A stretch of DNA of 64,000 nucleotides from the human T2T-CHM13v2.0 reference genome, Homo sapiens. Of the stretch, positions 1 to 18,011 are shown piece after piece. Under the pieces are notes generated by a model. That model searched no databases. It saw only the letters and a program-made list of their open reading frames with translations, and was not told where the DNA came from. Position 1 is the first letter of the stretch. The number at the start of each line of letters is the position of its first letter. Position numbers and translations under genes: made by a program. Location: the NCBI RefSeq assembly GCF_009914755.1, contig NC_060948.1. One strand, given 5' to 3'.

Positions 1-804
1 TTATGATATGTATTCTATATGTTTTATATTCTGTTATATATAACTATTTGAAATTATATATAACAGTATAATATTTTATGTAAATATGTAATATAATATA
101 TATAACTATATAATATATTATATATAACTATATATTATGTTATATATACTTTTATAACATAATTTACATAAAATATCATAATATAATATATATTATATTA
201 TTTCATATTACATAATATATATTACATATCACCCAATATAACTAACATACAAAATATTATAATATACATTATATTATGTTATATTAAATATCATATATAT
301 CATGTATCATATATTCTATAATATATATTACACATTATATAATATGCATGTTGTCTATTATGTGATATATATAACTATATATATAATTATATTTTTATAC
401 ATATAACTAGATAAACATGTAATTCTACATATTTTCATTTATAATATGTAGAATTATATAATCATATATAATTATTTATATTCTATAAAAAATTTTATCA
501 TTATATAAATTATAATATATAAAAATTATAATATGTACTACAAATATATATATTATATATCATATGATATAGTACCTTTGTTATATATCATAATACATAT
601 AAATGTGTATTATGTTATCTATAATTATATAATTTCATATATAAGATGTATAATATGTATCATATATTATATATGTTATGTAATATATATAGTATATATA
701 AGATGACACAGGATAAATATTATATACTATGACATATAAAATATATGAGGTTATATGTTACATATAAGGCATAGCACATAACATGTAATATGTATCATAT
801 ATAA

Positions 805-1096
805 TTTTTTTTTAGACAGAATCTTGTCCTGTTGCACAGGGTGGGGTACAATGGCGCCATCTTTGCTCACTGCAACTTCTGCCTCACGGGTCCAAGCGAT
901 TGTCTTCTCTCAGCCTCCCAGGTAGCTGGGACTACACCACACTGGGACTACACCAGCTGCCACCATGCCTAGCTAATTTTTTGGATTTTTAGTAGTGACA
1001 GCGTTTCACTGTATTGGCCAGGATGGTCTTGATCTCTTCACCTTGTGATCCCCTTGCCTTGGCCTCCAAATTTGCTGGGATTACAGGCCTGAGCCA
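805..1096 (-). mobile_element. Decayed Alu SINE in DYZ2 unit U1 (near full length, ~12 bp 5' truncated)
   Basis: Reverse-strand Alu hallmarks: T9 tail, gctcactgcaac, cagcctccca, gtagctgggactaca, taattttttggatttttagtag (A-rich linker), ggatggtcttgatctc, gctgggattacaggc, gagcca. Confidence 0.95.
926..955. repeat. Internal direct repeat in the Alu: CTGGGACTACACCA x2, 16 bp period (representative; present in all units)
   Basis: Read directly: ctgggactacacca-ca-ctgggactacacca at 926-939 and 942-955. Confidence 0.95.
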
Positions 1097-1666
1097 AGAT
1101 CCATATTTTTTAAATGAAAAAAAATTTCAAAGGTACTCTGCTTGGTACAATAATCAAATGTATAAACTGAGGAATAAAACATAACCATGAAACCTACTTA
1201 TAACTGCATATGGAAAATACAGAGGATAATTTTTTAAATAACATATTTTGAAAGCCTTAACTAGTAATTTGAAGAGTTGGCATTTGAAAGGCCAGTATGA
1301 ATATACCTTCAAAGCAGCAACACAGGTTCCCCATGAGAAAAAGCAAACACAGGGAAAATAAAAACACAAAGGTTCAATCTCTTCTGACCTTTGAAAGACA
1401 CAGCACAGACAGTGGTCCTTAGGACGAAGAGCAGGAGACCCCTAATTCCGTCACCATGGCGATACGGCATAAACATTGCTGGGTGAGGGCACAATCCACA
1501 TTGTGAGGTCCAACTGCTGCCAGGAAGACAGGAGTGCTTTTACATAGACCGAAAGGTCATTGAAGGCTCAGAGTTTTGTTTCAAGAACTGAATCCCAAGC
1601 CCACACGTTATTAGGCTGCGCTTCTTAAAACAAGTTATGAGATGGGAAAAAGGGCACCCACAAACA
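1097..1666. repeat. HSATI-like moderate-GC segment of the DYZ2 unit (representative copy; follows every Alu)
   Basis: ~570 bp non-simple sequence between the Alu 5' end and the AT block, nearly identical in all units. The HSATI name comes from the known DYZ2 composition, not a database match; boundaries approximate. Confidence 0.8.
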
Positions 1667-3516
<1,850 letters not shown>

Positions 3517-5644
3517 AGATCCATATTTTTTAAATGAAAAAAAATTTCAAAGGTACTCTGCTTGGTACAATAATCAAATGTATAAACTGAGGAATAAAAC
3601 ATAACCATGAAACCTACTTATAACTGCATATGGAAAATACAGAGGATAATTTTTTAAATAACATATTTTGAAAGCCTTAACTAGTAATTTGAAGAGTTGG
3701 CATTTGAAAGGCCAGTATGAATATACCTTCAAAGCAGCAACACAGGTTCCCCATGAGAAAAAGCAAACACAGGGAAAATAAAAACACAAAGGTTCAATCT
3801 CTTCTGACCTTTGAAAGACACAGCACAGACAGTGGTCCTTAGGACGAAGAGCAGGAGACCCCTAATTCCGTCACCATGGCGATAGGGCATAAACATTGCT
3901 GGGTGAGGGCACAATCCACATTGTGAGGTCCAACTGCTGCCAGGAAGACAGGAGTGCTTTTACATAGACCGAAAGGTCATTGAAGGCTCAGAGTTTTGTT
4001 TCAAGAACTGAATCCCAAGCCCACACGTTATTAGGCTGCGCTTCTTAAAACAAGTTATGAGATGGGAAAAAGGGCACCCACAAACATACGTATACATTAT
4101 GTATATAATAATATACAGTATCATATATATAATATATATAACCTATGTATAATATTGTTTTACATCCTGCATCTTATGTTATATATATTGTATAAAATAT
4201 AATAATTGATAATATATAAGTTTTATAATTATACAATATGACATATAGTATATATTATAATTTATGACATATATAATATATGTTATATATCATATATAGA
4301 ATATATTATACGGTTAATATACGTAATAAATATAAATTATACATTATATATATTATATATAATATATCTGTTATATATAATACCCATTATGCATAATATA
4401 TATATTATGTCTATGTTATATATAGTATAAAACAACATATAATAATATATAATTGTATATATAAAATGCGACATACAATATATATTATATTTTATAACAT
4501 ATGTAACATATATTATATATTATATATAATACGTTGTATGTATAATACCTATATTAAATATATATTATATGACTATGTTATTAATTACATGTCACATGTG
4601 TTATATATTATATATTTTACATAGAATATACCGGTTACATACAATATATACTATGTTACCTATAATGTATAATTTATTACATGTAAAATAAAGAATGCAA
4701 TATATTATGTATAATTTATAATATACCATATGTGGAATGTGATATATATAACATATAATGTATGATATATGATGTACAGTATATGATATATAACATACAA
4801 TATATGATTCCTAATATATATGGTATACAATATATATTTTATGATATGTATTCTATATGTTTTATATTCTGTTATATATAACTATTTGAAATTATATATA
4901 ACTGTATAATATTTTATGTAAATATGTAATATAATATATATAACTATATAATATATTATATATAACTATATATTATGTTATATATACTTTTATAACATAA
5001 TTTACATAAAATATCATAATATAATATATATTATATTATTTCATATTACATAATATATATTACATATCACCCAATATAACTAACATACATAATATTATAA
5101 TATACATTATATTATGTTATATTAAATATCATATATATCATGTATCATATATTCTATAATATATATTACACATTATATAATATGCATGTTGTCTATTATG
5201 TGATATATATAACTATATATATAATTATATTTTTATACATATAACTAGATAAACATGTAATTCTACATATTTTCATTTATAATATGTAGAATTATATAAT
5301 CATATATAATTATTTATATTCTATAAAAAATTTTATCATTATATAAATTATAATATATAAAAATTATAATATGTAATACAAATATATATATTATATATCA
5401 TATATGATATAGTACCTTTGTTATATATCATAATACATATAAATGTGTATTATGTTATCTATAATTATATAATTTCATATATAAGATGTATAATATGTAT
5501 CATATATTATATATGTTATGTAATATATATAGTATATATAAGATGACACAGGATAAATATTATATACTATGACATATAAAATATATGAGGTTATATGTTA
5601 CATATAAGGCATAGCACATAACATGTAATATGTATCATATATAA

Positions 5645-5936
5645 TTTTTTTTTAGACAGAATCTTGTCCTGTTGCACAGGGTGGGGTACAATGGCGCCAT
5701 CTTTGCTCACTGCAACTTCTGCCTCACGGGTCCAAGCGATTGTCTTCCCTCAGCCTCCCAGGTAGCTGGGACTACACCACACTGGGACTACACCAGCTGC
5801 CACCATGCCTAGCTAATTTTTTGGATTTTTAGTAGTGACAGCGTTTCACTGTATTGGCCAGGATGGTCTTGATCTCTTCACCTTGTGATCCCCTTGCCTT
5901 GGCCTCCAAATTTGCTGGGATTACAGGCCTGAGCCA
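5645..5936 (-). mobile_element. Decayed Alu, unit U3
   Basis: Near-identical copy of the U1 Alu. Confidence 0.95.
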
Positions 5937-8041
5937 AGATCCATATTTTTTAAATGAAAAAAAATTTCAAAGGTACTCTGCTTGGTACAATAATCAAATG
6001 TATAAACTGAGGAATAAAACATAACCATGAAACCTACTTATAACTGCATATGGAAAATACAGAGGATAATTTTTTAAATAAAATATTTTGAAAGCCTTAA
6101 CTAGTAATTTAAAGAGTTGGCATTTGAAAGGCCAGTATGAATATACCTTCAAAGCAGCAACACAGGTTCCCCATGAGAAAAAGCAAACACAGGGAAAATA
6201 AAAACACAAAGGTTCAATCTCTTCTGACCTTTGAAAGACACAGCACAGACAGTGGTCCTTAGGACGAAGAGCAGGAGACCCCTAATTCCGTCACCATGGC
6301 GATACGGCATAAACATTGCTGGGTGAGGGCACAATCCACATTGTGAGGTCCAACTGCTGCCAGGAAGACAGGAGTGCTTTTACATAGACCGAAAGGTCAT
6401 TGAAGGCTCAGAGTTTTGTTTCAAGAACTGAATCCCAAGCCCACACGTTATTAGGCTGCGCTTCTTAAAACAAGTTATGAGATGGGAAAAAGGGCACCCA
6501 CAAACATACGTATACATTATGTATATAATAATATACAGTATCATATATATAATATATATAACCTATGTATAATATTGTTTTACATCCTGCATCTTATGTT
6601 ATATATATTGTATAAAATATAATAATTGATAATATATAAGTTTTATAATTATACAATATGACATATAGTATATATTATAATTTATGACATATATAATATA
6701 TGTTATATATCATATATAGAATATATTATACGGTTAATATACGTATTAAATATAAATTATACATTATATATATTATATATAACATATCTGTTATATATAA
6801 TACCCATTATGCATAATATATATATTATGTCTATGTTATATATAGTATAAAACAACATATAATAATATACAATTGTATATATAAAATGCGACATATAATA
6901 TATATTATATTTTATAACATATGTAATATATATTATATATTATATATAATACGTTGTATGTATAACACCTATATTAAATATATATTATATGACTATGTTA
7001 TTAATTACATGTCACATATGTTATATATTATATATTTTACATAGAATATACCGGTTACATACAATATATACTATGTTACCTATAATGTATAATTTATTAC
7101 ATGTAAAATAAAGAATGCAATATATTATGTATAATTTATAATATACCATATGTGGAATGTGATATATATAACATGTAATATATGATATATGATGTACAGT
7201 ATATGATATATAACATACAATATATGATTCCTAATATATATGGTATACAATATATACTTTATGATATGTATTCTATATGTTTTATATTCTGTTATATATA
7301 ACTATTTGAAATTATATATAACTGTATAATATTTTATGTAAATATGTAATATAATATATATAACTATATAATATATTATATATAACTATATATTATGTTA
7401 TATATACTTTTATAACATAATTTACATAAAATATCATAATATAATATATATTATATTATTTCATATTACATAATATATATTACATATCACCCAATATAAC
7501 TAACATACATAATATTATAATATACATTATATTATGTTATATTAAATATCATATATATCATGTATCATATATTCTATAATATATATTACACATTATATAA
7601 TATGTATGTTGTCTATTATGTGATATATATAACTATATATATAATTATATTTTTATACATATAACTAGATAAACATGTAATTCTACATATTTTCATTTAT
7701 AATATGTAGAATTATATAATCATATATAATTATTTATATTCTATAAAAAATTTTATCATTATATAAATTATAATATATAAAAATTATAATATGTACTACA
7801 AATATATATATTATATATCATATATGATATAGTACCTTTGTTATATATCATAATACATATAAATGTGTATTATGTTATCTATAATTATATAATTTCATAT
7901 ATAAGATGTATAATATGTATCATATATTATATATGTTATGTAATATATATAGTATATATAAGATGACACAGGATAAATATTATATACTATGACATATAAA
8001 ATATATGAGGTTATATGTTACATATAAGGCATAGCACATAA

Positions 8042-8356
<315 letters not shown>

Positions 8357-10484
8357 AGATCCATATTTTTTAAATGAAAAAAAATTTCAAAGGTACTCTG
8401 CTTGGTACAATAATCAAATGTATAAACTGAGGAATAAAACATAACCATGAAACCTACTTATAACTGCATATGGAAAATACAGAGGATAATTTTTTAAATA
8501 ACATATTTTGAAAGCCTTAACTAGTAATTTGAAGAGTTGGCATTTGAAAGGCCAGTATGAATATACCTTCAAAGCAGCAACACAGGTTCCCCATGAGAAA
8601 AAGCAAACACAGGGAAAATAAAAACACAAAGGTTCAATCTCTTCTGACCTTTGAAAGACACAGCACAGACAGTGGTCCTTAGGACGAAGAGCAGGAGACC
8701 CCTAATTCCGTCACCATGGCGATAGGGCATAAACATTGCTGGGTGAGGGCACAATCCACATTGTGAGGTCCAACTGCTGCCAGGAAGACAGGAGTGCTTT
8801 TACATAGACCGAAAGGTCATTGAAGGCTCAGAGTTTTGTTTCAAGAACTGAATCCCAAGCCCACACGTTATTAGGCTGCGCTTCTTAAAACAAGTTATGA
8901 GATGGGAAAAAGGGCACCCACAAACATACGTATACATTATGTATATAATAATATACAGTATCATATATATAATATATATAACCTATGTATAATATTGTTT
9001 TACATCCTGCATCTTATGTTATATATATTGTATAAAATATAATAATTGATAATATATAAGTTTTATAATTATACAATATGACATATAGTATATATTATAA
9101 TTTATGACATATATAATATATGTTATATATCATATATAGAATATATTATACGGTTAATATACGTAATAAATATAAATTATACATTATATATATTATATAT
9201 AATATATCTGTTATATATAATACCCATAATGCATAATATATATATTATGTCTATGTTATATATAGTATAAAACAACATATAATAATATATAATTGTATAT
9301 ATAAAATGCGACATATAATATATATTATATTTTATAACATATGTAATATATATTATATATTATATATAATACGTTGTATGTATAACACCTATATTAAATA
9401 TATATTATATGACTATGTTATTAATTACATGTCACATGTGTTATATATTATATATTTTACATAGAATATACCGGTTACATACAATATATACTATGTTACC
9501 TATAATGTATAATTTATTACATGTAAAATAAAGAATGCAATATATTATGTATAATTTATAATATACCATATGTGGAATGTGATATATATAACATATAATA
9601 TATGATATATGATGTACAGTATATGATATATAACATACAATATATGATTCCTAATATATATGGTATACAATATATATTTTATGATATGTATTCTATATGT
9701 TTTATATTCTGTTATATATAACTATTTGAAATTATATATAACTGTATAATATTTTATGTAAATATGTAATATAATATATATAACTATATAATATATTATA
9801 TATAACTATATATTATGTTATATATACTTTTATAACATAATTTACATAAAATATCATAATATAATATATATTATATTATTTCATATTACATAATATATAT
9901 TACATATCACCCAATATAACTAACATACATAATATTATAATATACATTATATTATGTTATATTAAATATCATATATATCATGTATCATATATTCTATAAT
10001 ATATATTACACATTATATAATATGCATGTTGTCTATTATGTGATATATATAACTATATATATAATTATATTTTTATACATATAACTAGATAAACATGTAA
10101 TTCTACATATTTTCATTTATAATATGTAGAATTATATAATCATATATAATTATTTATATTCTATAAAAAATTTTATCATTATATAAATTATAATATATAA
10201 AAATTATAATATGTACTACAAATATATATATTATATATCATATATGATATAGTACCTTTGTTATATATCATAATACATATAAATGTGTATTATGTTATCT
10301 ATAATTGTATAATTTCATATATAAGATGTATAATATGTATCATATATTATATATGTTATGTAATATATATAGTATATATAAGATGACACAGGATAAATAT
10401 TATATACTATGACATATAAAATATATGAGGTTATATGTTACGTATAAGGCATAGCACATAACATGTAATATGTATCATATATAA

Positions 10485-10776
10485 TTTTTTTTTAGACAGA
10501 ATCTTGTCCTGTTGCACAGGGTGGGGTACAATGGCGCCATCTTTGCTCACTGCAACTTCTGCCTCACGGGTCCAAGCGATTGTCTTCCCTCAGCCTCCCA
10601 GGTAGCTGGGACTACACCACACTGGGACTACACCAGCTGCCACCATGCCTAGCTAATTTTTTGGATTTTTAGTAGTGACAGCGTTTCACTGTATTGGCCA
10701 GGATGGTCTTGATCTCTTCACCTTGTGATCCCCTTGCCTTGGCCTCCAAATTTGCTGGGATTACAGGCCTGAGCCA
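10485..10776 (-). mobile_element. Decayed Alu, unit U5
   Basis: Near-identical copy of the U1 Alu. Confidence 0.95.
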
Positions 10777-12870
10777 AGATCCATATTTTTTAAATGAAAA
10801 AAAATTTCAAAGGTACTCTGCTTGGTACAATAATCAAATGTATAAACTGAGGAATAAAACATAACCATGAAACCTACTTATAACTGCATATGGAAAATAC
10901 AGAGGATAATTTTTTAAATAACATATTTTGAAAGCCTTAACTAGTAATTTGAAGAGTTGGCATTTGAAAGGCCAGTATGAATATACCTTCAAAGCAGCAA
11001 CACAGGTTCCCCATGAGAAAAAGCAAACACAGGGAAAATAAAAACACAAAGGTTCAATCTCTTCTGACCTTTGAAAGACACAGCACAGACAGTGGTCCTT
11101 AGGAGGAAGAGCAGGAGACCCCTAATTCCGTCACCGTGGCGATACGGCATAAACATTGCTGGGTGAGGGCACAATCCACATTGTGAGGTCCAACTGCTGC
11201 CACGAAGACAGGAGTGCTTTTACATAGACCGAAAGGTCATTGAAGGCTCAGAGTTTTGTTTCAAGAACTGAATCCCAAGCCCACACGTTATTAGGCTGCG
11301 CTTCTTAAAACAAGTTATGAGATGGGAAAAAGGGCACCCACAAACATACGTATACATTATGTATATAATAATATACAGCATCATATATATAATATATAAC
11401 CTATGTATAATATTGTTTTACATCCTGCATCTTATGTTATATATATTGTATAAAATATAATAATTGATAATATATAAGTTTTATAATTATACAATATGAC
11501 ATATAGTATATATTATAATTTATGACATATATAATATATGTTATATATCATATATAGAATATATTATACGGTTAATATACGTATTAAATATAAATTATAC
11601 ATTATATATATTATATATAATATATCTGTTATATATAATACCCATTATGCATAATATATATATTATGTCTATGTTATATATAGTATAAAACAACATATAA
11701 TAATATATAATTGTATATATAAAATGCGACATATAATATATATTATATTTTATAACATATGTAATATGTATTATATATAATATGTTGTATGTATAATACC
11801 TATATTAAATATATATTATATGACTATGTTATTAATTACATGTCACATGTGTTATATATTATATATTTTACATAGAATATACCGGTTACATACAATATAT
11901 ACTATGTTACCTATAATGTATAATTTATTACATGTAAAATAAAGAATGCAATATATTATGTAAAATTTATAATATACAATATGTGGAATGTGATATATAT
12001 AACATATAATATATGATATATGATATACAGTATATGATATATAACATACAATATATGATTCCTAATATATATGGTATACAATATATATTTTATGATATGT
12101 ATTCTATATGTTTTATATTCTTATATTTAACTATTTGAAATTATATATAACTGTATAATATTTTATGTAAATATGTAATATAATATATATAACTATATAA
12201 TATATTATATATAACTATATATTATGTTATATATACTTTTATAACATAATTTACATAAAATATCATAATATAATATATATTATATTATTTCATATTACAT
12301 AATATATATTACATATCACCCAATATAACTAACATACATAATATTATAATATAGATTATATTCTGTTATATTAAATATCATATATATCATGTATCATATA
12401 TTCTATAATATATATTACACATTATATAATATGTATGTTGTCTATTATGTGATATATATAACTATATATATAATTATATTTTTATACATATAACTAGATA
12501 AACATGTAATTCTACATATTTTCATTTATAATATGTAGAATTATATAATCATATATAATTATTTATATTCTATAAAAAATTTTATCATTATATAAATTAT
12601 AATATATAAAAATTATAATATGTACTACAAATATATATATTATATATCATATATGATATAGTACCTTTGTTATATATCATAATACATATAAATGTGTATT
12701 ATGTTATCTATAATTATATAATTTCATATATAATATGTATAATATGTATCATATATTATATATGTTATGTAATATATATAGTATATATCAGATGACACAG
12801 GATAAATATTATATACTATGACATATAAAATATATGAGGTTATATGTTACATATAAGGCATAGCACATAA

Positions 12871-13185
<315 letters not shown>

Positions 13186-15283
13186 AGATCCATATTTTTT
13201 AAATGAAAAAAAATTTCAAAGGTACTCTGCTTGGTACAATAATCAAATGTATAAACTGAGGAATAAAACATAACCATGAAACCTACTTATAACTGCATAT
13301 GGAAAATACAGAGGATAATTTTTTAAATCACATATTTTGAAAGCCTTAACTAGTAATTTGAAGAGTTGGCATTTGAAAGGCCAGTATGAATATACCTTCA
13401 AAGCAGCAACACAGGTTCCCCATGAGAAAAAGCAAACACAGGGAAAATAAAAACACAAAGGTTCAATCTCTTCTGACCTTTGAAAGACACAGCACAGACA
13501 GTGGTCCTTAGGACGAAGAGCAGGAGACCCCTAATTCCGTCACCTTGGCGATAGGGCATAAACATTGCTGGGTGAGGGCACAATCCACATTGTGAGGTCC
13601 AACTGCTGCCAGGAAGACAGGAGTGCTTTTACATAGACCGAAAGGTCATTGAAGGCTCAGAGTTTTGTTTCAAGAACTGAATCCCAAGCCCACACGTTAT
13701 TAGGCTGCGCTTCTTAAAACAAGTTATGAGATGGGAAAAAGGGCACCCACAAACATACGTATACATTATGTATATAATAATATACAGTATCATATATATA
13801 ATATATATAACCTATGTATAATATTGTTTTACATCCTGCATCTTATGTTATATATATTGTATAAAATATAATAATTGATAATATATAAGTTTTATAATTA
13901 TACAATATGACATATAGTATATATTATAATTTATGACATATATAATATATGTTATATATCATATATAGAATATATTATACGGTTAATATACGTATTAAAT
14001 ATAAATTATACATTATATATATTATATATAATATATCTGTTATATATAATACCCATTATGCATAATATATATATTATGTCTATGTTATATATAGTATAAA
14101 ACAACATATAATAATATATAATTGTATATATAAAATGCGACATATAATATATATTATATTTTATAACATATGTAATATGTATTATATATAATACGTTGTA
14201 TGTATAATACCTATATTAAATATATATTATATGACTATGTTATTAATTACATGTCACATGTGTTATATATTATATATTTTACATAGAATATACCGGTTAC
14301 ATACAATATATACTATGTTACCTATAATGTATAATTTATTACAAGTAAAATAAAGAATGCAATATATTATGTATAATTTATAATATACCATATGTGGAAT
14401 GTGATATATATAACATATAATATATGATATATGATATACAGTATATGATATATAACATACAATATGTGATTCCTAATATATATGGTATACAATATATATT
14501 TTATGATATGTATTCTATATGTTTTATATTCTGTTATATATAACTATTTGAAATTATATATAACTGTATAATATTTTATGTAAATATGTAATATAATATA
14601 TATAACTATATAATATATTATATATAACTATATATTATGTTATATATACTTTTATAACATAATTTACATAAAATATCATAATATAATATATATTATATTA
14701 TTTCATATTACATAATATATATTACATATCACCCAATATAACTAACATACATAATATTATAATATAGATTATATTGTGTTATATTAAATATCATATATAT
14801 CATGTATCATATATTCTATAATATATATTACACATTATATAATATGTATGTTGTCTATTATGTGATATATATAACTATATATATAATTATATTTTTATAC
14901 ATATAACTAGATAAACATGTAATTCTACATATTTTCATTTATAATATGTAGAATTATATAATCATATATAATTATTTATATTCTATAAAAAATTTTATCA
15001 TTATATAAATTATAATATATAAAAATTATAATATGTACTACAAATATATATATTATATATCATATATGATATAGTACCTTTGTTATATATCATAATACAT
15101 ATAAATGTGTATTATGTTATCTATAATTATATAATTTCATATATAAGATGTATAATATGTATCATATATTATATATGTTATGTAATATATATAGTATATA
15201 TCAGATGACACAGGTTAAATATTATATACTATGACATATTAAATATATGAGGTTATATGTTACATATAAGGCATAGCACATAA

Positions 15284-15598
<315 letters not shown>

Positions 15599-17696
15599 AG
15601 ATCCATATTTTTTAAATGAAAAAAAATTTCAAAGGTACTCTGCTTGGTAGAATAATCAAATGTATAAACTGAGGAATAAAACATAACCATGAAACCTACT
15701 TATAACTGCATATGGAAAATACAGAGGATAATTTTTTAAATAACATATTTTGAAAGCCTTAACTAGTAATTTGAAGAGTTGGCATTTGAAAGGCCAGTAT
15801 GAATATACCTTCAAAGCAGCAACACAGGTTCCCCATGAGAAAAAGCAAACACAGGGAAAATAAAAACACAAAGGTTCAATCTCTTCTGACCTTTGAAAGA
15901 CACAGCACAAAAAGTGGTCCTTAGGACGAAGAGCAGGAGACCCCTAATTCCGTCACCATGGCGATAGGGCATAAACATTGCTGGGTGAGGGCACAATCCA
16001 CATTGTGAGGTCCAACTGCTGCCAGGAAGACAGGAGTGCTTTTACATAGACCGAAAGGTCATTGAAGGCTCAGAGTTTTGTTTCAAGAACTGAATCCCAA
16101 GCCCACACGTTATTAGGCTGCGCTTCTTAAAACAAGTTATGAGATGGGAAAAAGGGCACCCACAAACATACGTATACATTATGTATATAATAATATACAG
16201 TATCATATATATAATATATATAACCTATGTATAATATTGTTTTACATCCTGCATCTTATGTTATATATATTGTATAAAATATAATAATTCATAATATATA
16301 AGTTTTATAATTATACAATATGACATATAGTATATATTATAATTTATGACATATATAATATATGTTATATATCATATATAGAATATATTATACGGTTAAT
16401 ATACGTATTAAATATAAATTATACATTATATATATTATATATAATATATCTGTTATATATAATACCCATTATGCATAATATATATATTATGTCTATGTTA
16501 TATATAGTATAAAACAACATATAATAATATATAATTGTATATAGAAAACGCGACATATAATATATATTATATTTTATGACATATGTAATATATATTATAT
16601 AAAATACGTTGTATGTATAATACCTATATTAAATATATATTATATGACTATGTTATTAATTACATGTCACATGTGTTATATATTATATATTTTACATAGA
16701 ATATACCGGTTACATACAAGATATACTATGTTACCTATAATGTATAATTTATTACATGTAAAATAAAGAATGCAATATATTATGTAAAATTTATAATATA
16801 CAATATGTGGAATGTGATATATATAACATATAATATATGATATATGATATACAGTATATGATATATAACATACAATATATGATTCCTAATATATATGGTA
16901 TACAATATATATTTTATGATATGTATTCTATATGTTTTATATTCTGTTATATATAACTATTTGAAATTATATATAACTGTATAATATTTTACGTAAATAT
17001 GTAATATAATATATATAACTATATAATATATTATATATAACTATATATTATGTTATATATACTTTTATAACATAATTTACATAAAATATCATAATATAAT
17101 ATATATTATATTATTTCATATTACATAATATATATTACATATCACCCAATATAACTAACATACATAATATTATAATATAGATTATATTGTGTTATATTAA
17201 ATATCATATATATCATGTATCATATATTCTATAATATATATTACACATTATATAATATGTATGTTGTCTATTATGTGATATATATAACTATATATATAAT
17301 TATATTTTTATACATATAACTAGATAAACATGTAATTCTACATATTTTCATTTATAATATGTAGAATTATATAATCATATATAATTATTTATATTCTATA
17401 AAAAATTTTATCATTATATAAATTATAATATATAAAAATTATAATATGTACTACAAATATATATATTATATATCATATATGATATAGTACCTTTGTTATA
17501 TATCATAATACATATAAATGTGTATTATGTTATCTATAATTATATAATTTCATATATAAGATGTATAATATGTATCATACATTATATAAGTTATGTAATA
17601 TATATAGTATATATAAGATGACACAGGATAAATATTATATACTATGACATATAAAATATATGAGGTTATATGTTACATATAAGGCATAGCACATAA

Positions 17697-18011
<315 letters not shown>

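Noticed and set aside
805-1096. Active Alu or 7SL-like ncRNA gene
   Set aside because: The 5' end including part of the A box is missing, the B box is degenerate, the tail is only A9, and the copies arose by tandem amplification rather than retrotransposition.
1173-1362. AATAAA polyadenylation-like motifs and many TATA-like motifs
   Set aside because: They are expected at high frequency in DNA this AT-rich, and there is no gene or transcript context.
1154-1494. Repeated 71-aa and 61-aa minus-strand ORFs in every unit (and 77/84-aa variants)
   Set aside because: They are short, overlap each other, begin at non-ATG codons and show no recognisable domain. Their F/C/L/Y-rich composition reflects the A-rich opposite strand, and their recurrence simply follows DNA repeat identity.
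1490-1505. Small hairpin CACAAT-ccac-ATTGTG
   Set aside because: A 6-bp stem is expected by chance, and there is no covariation among units.
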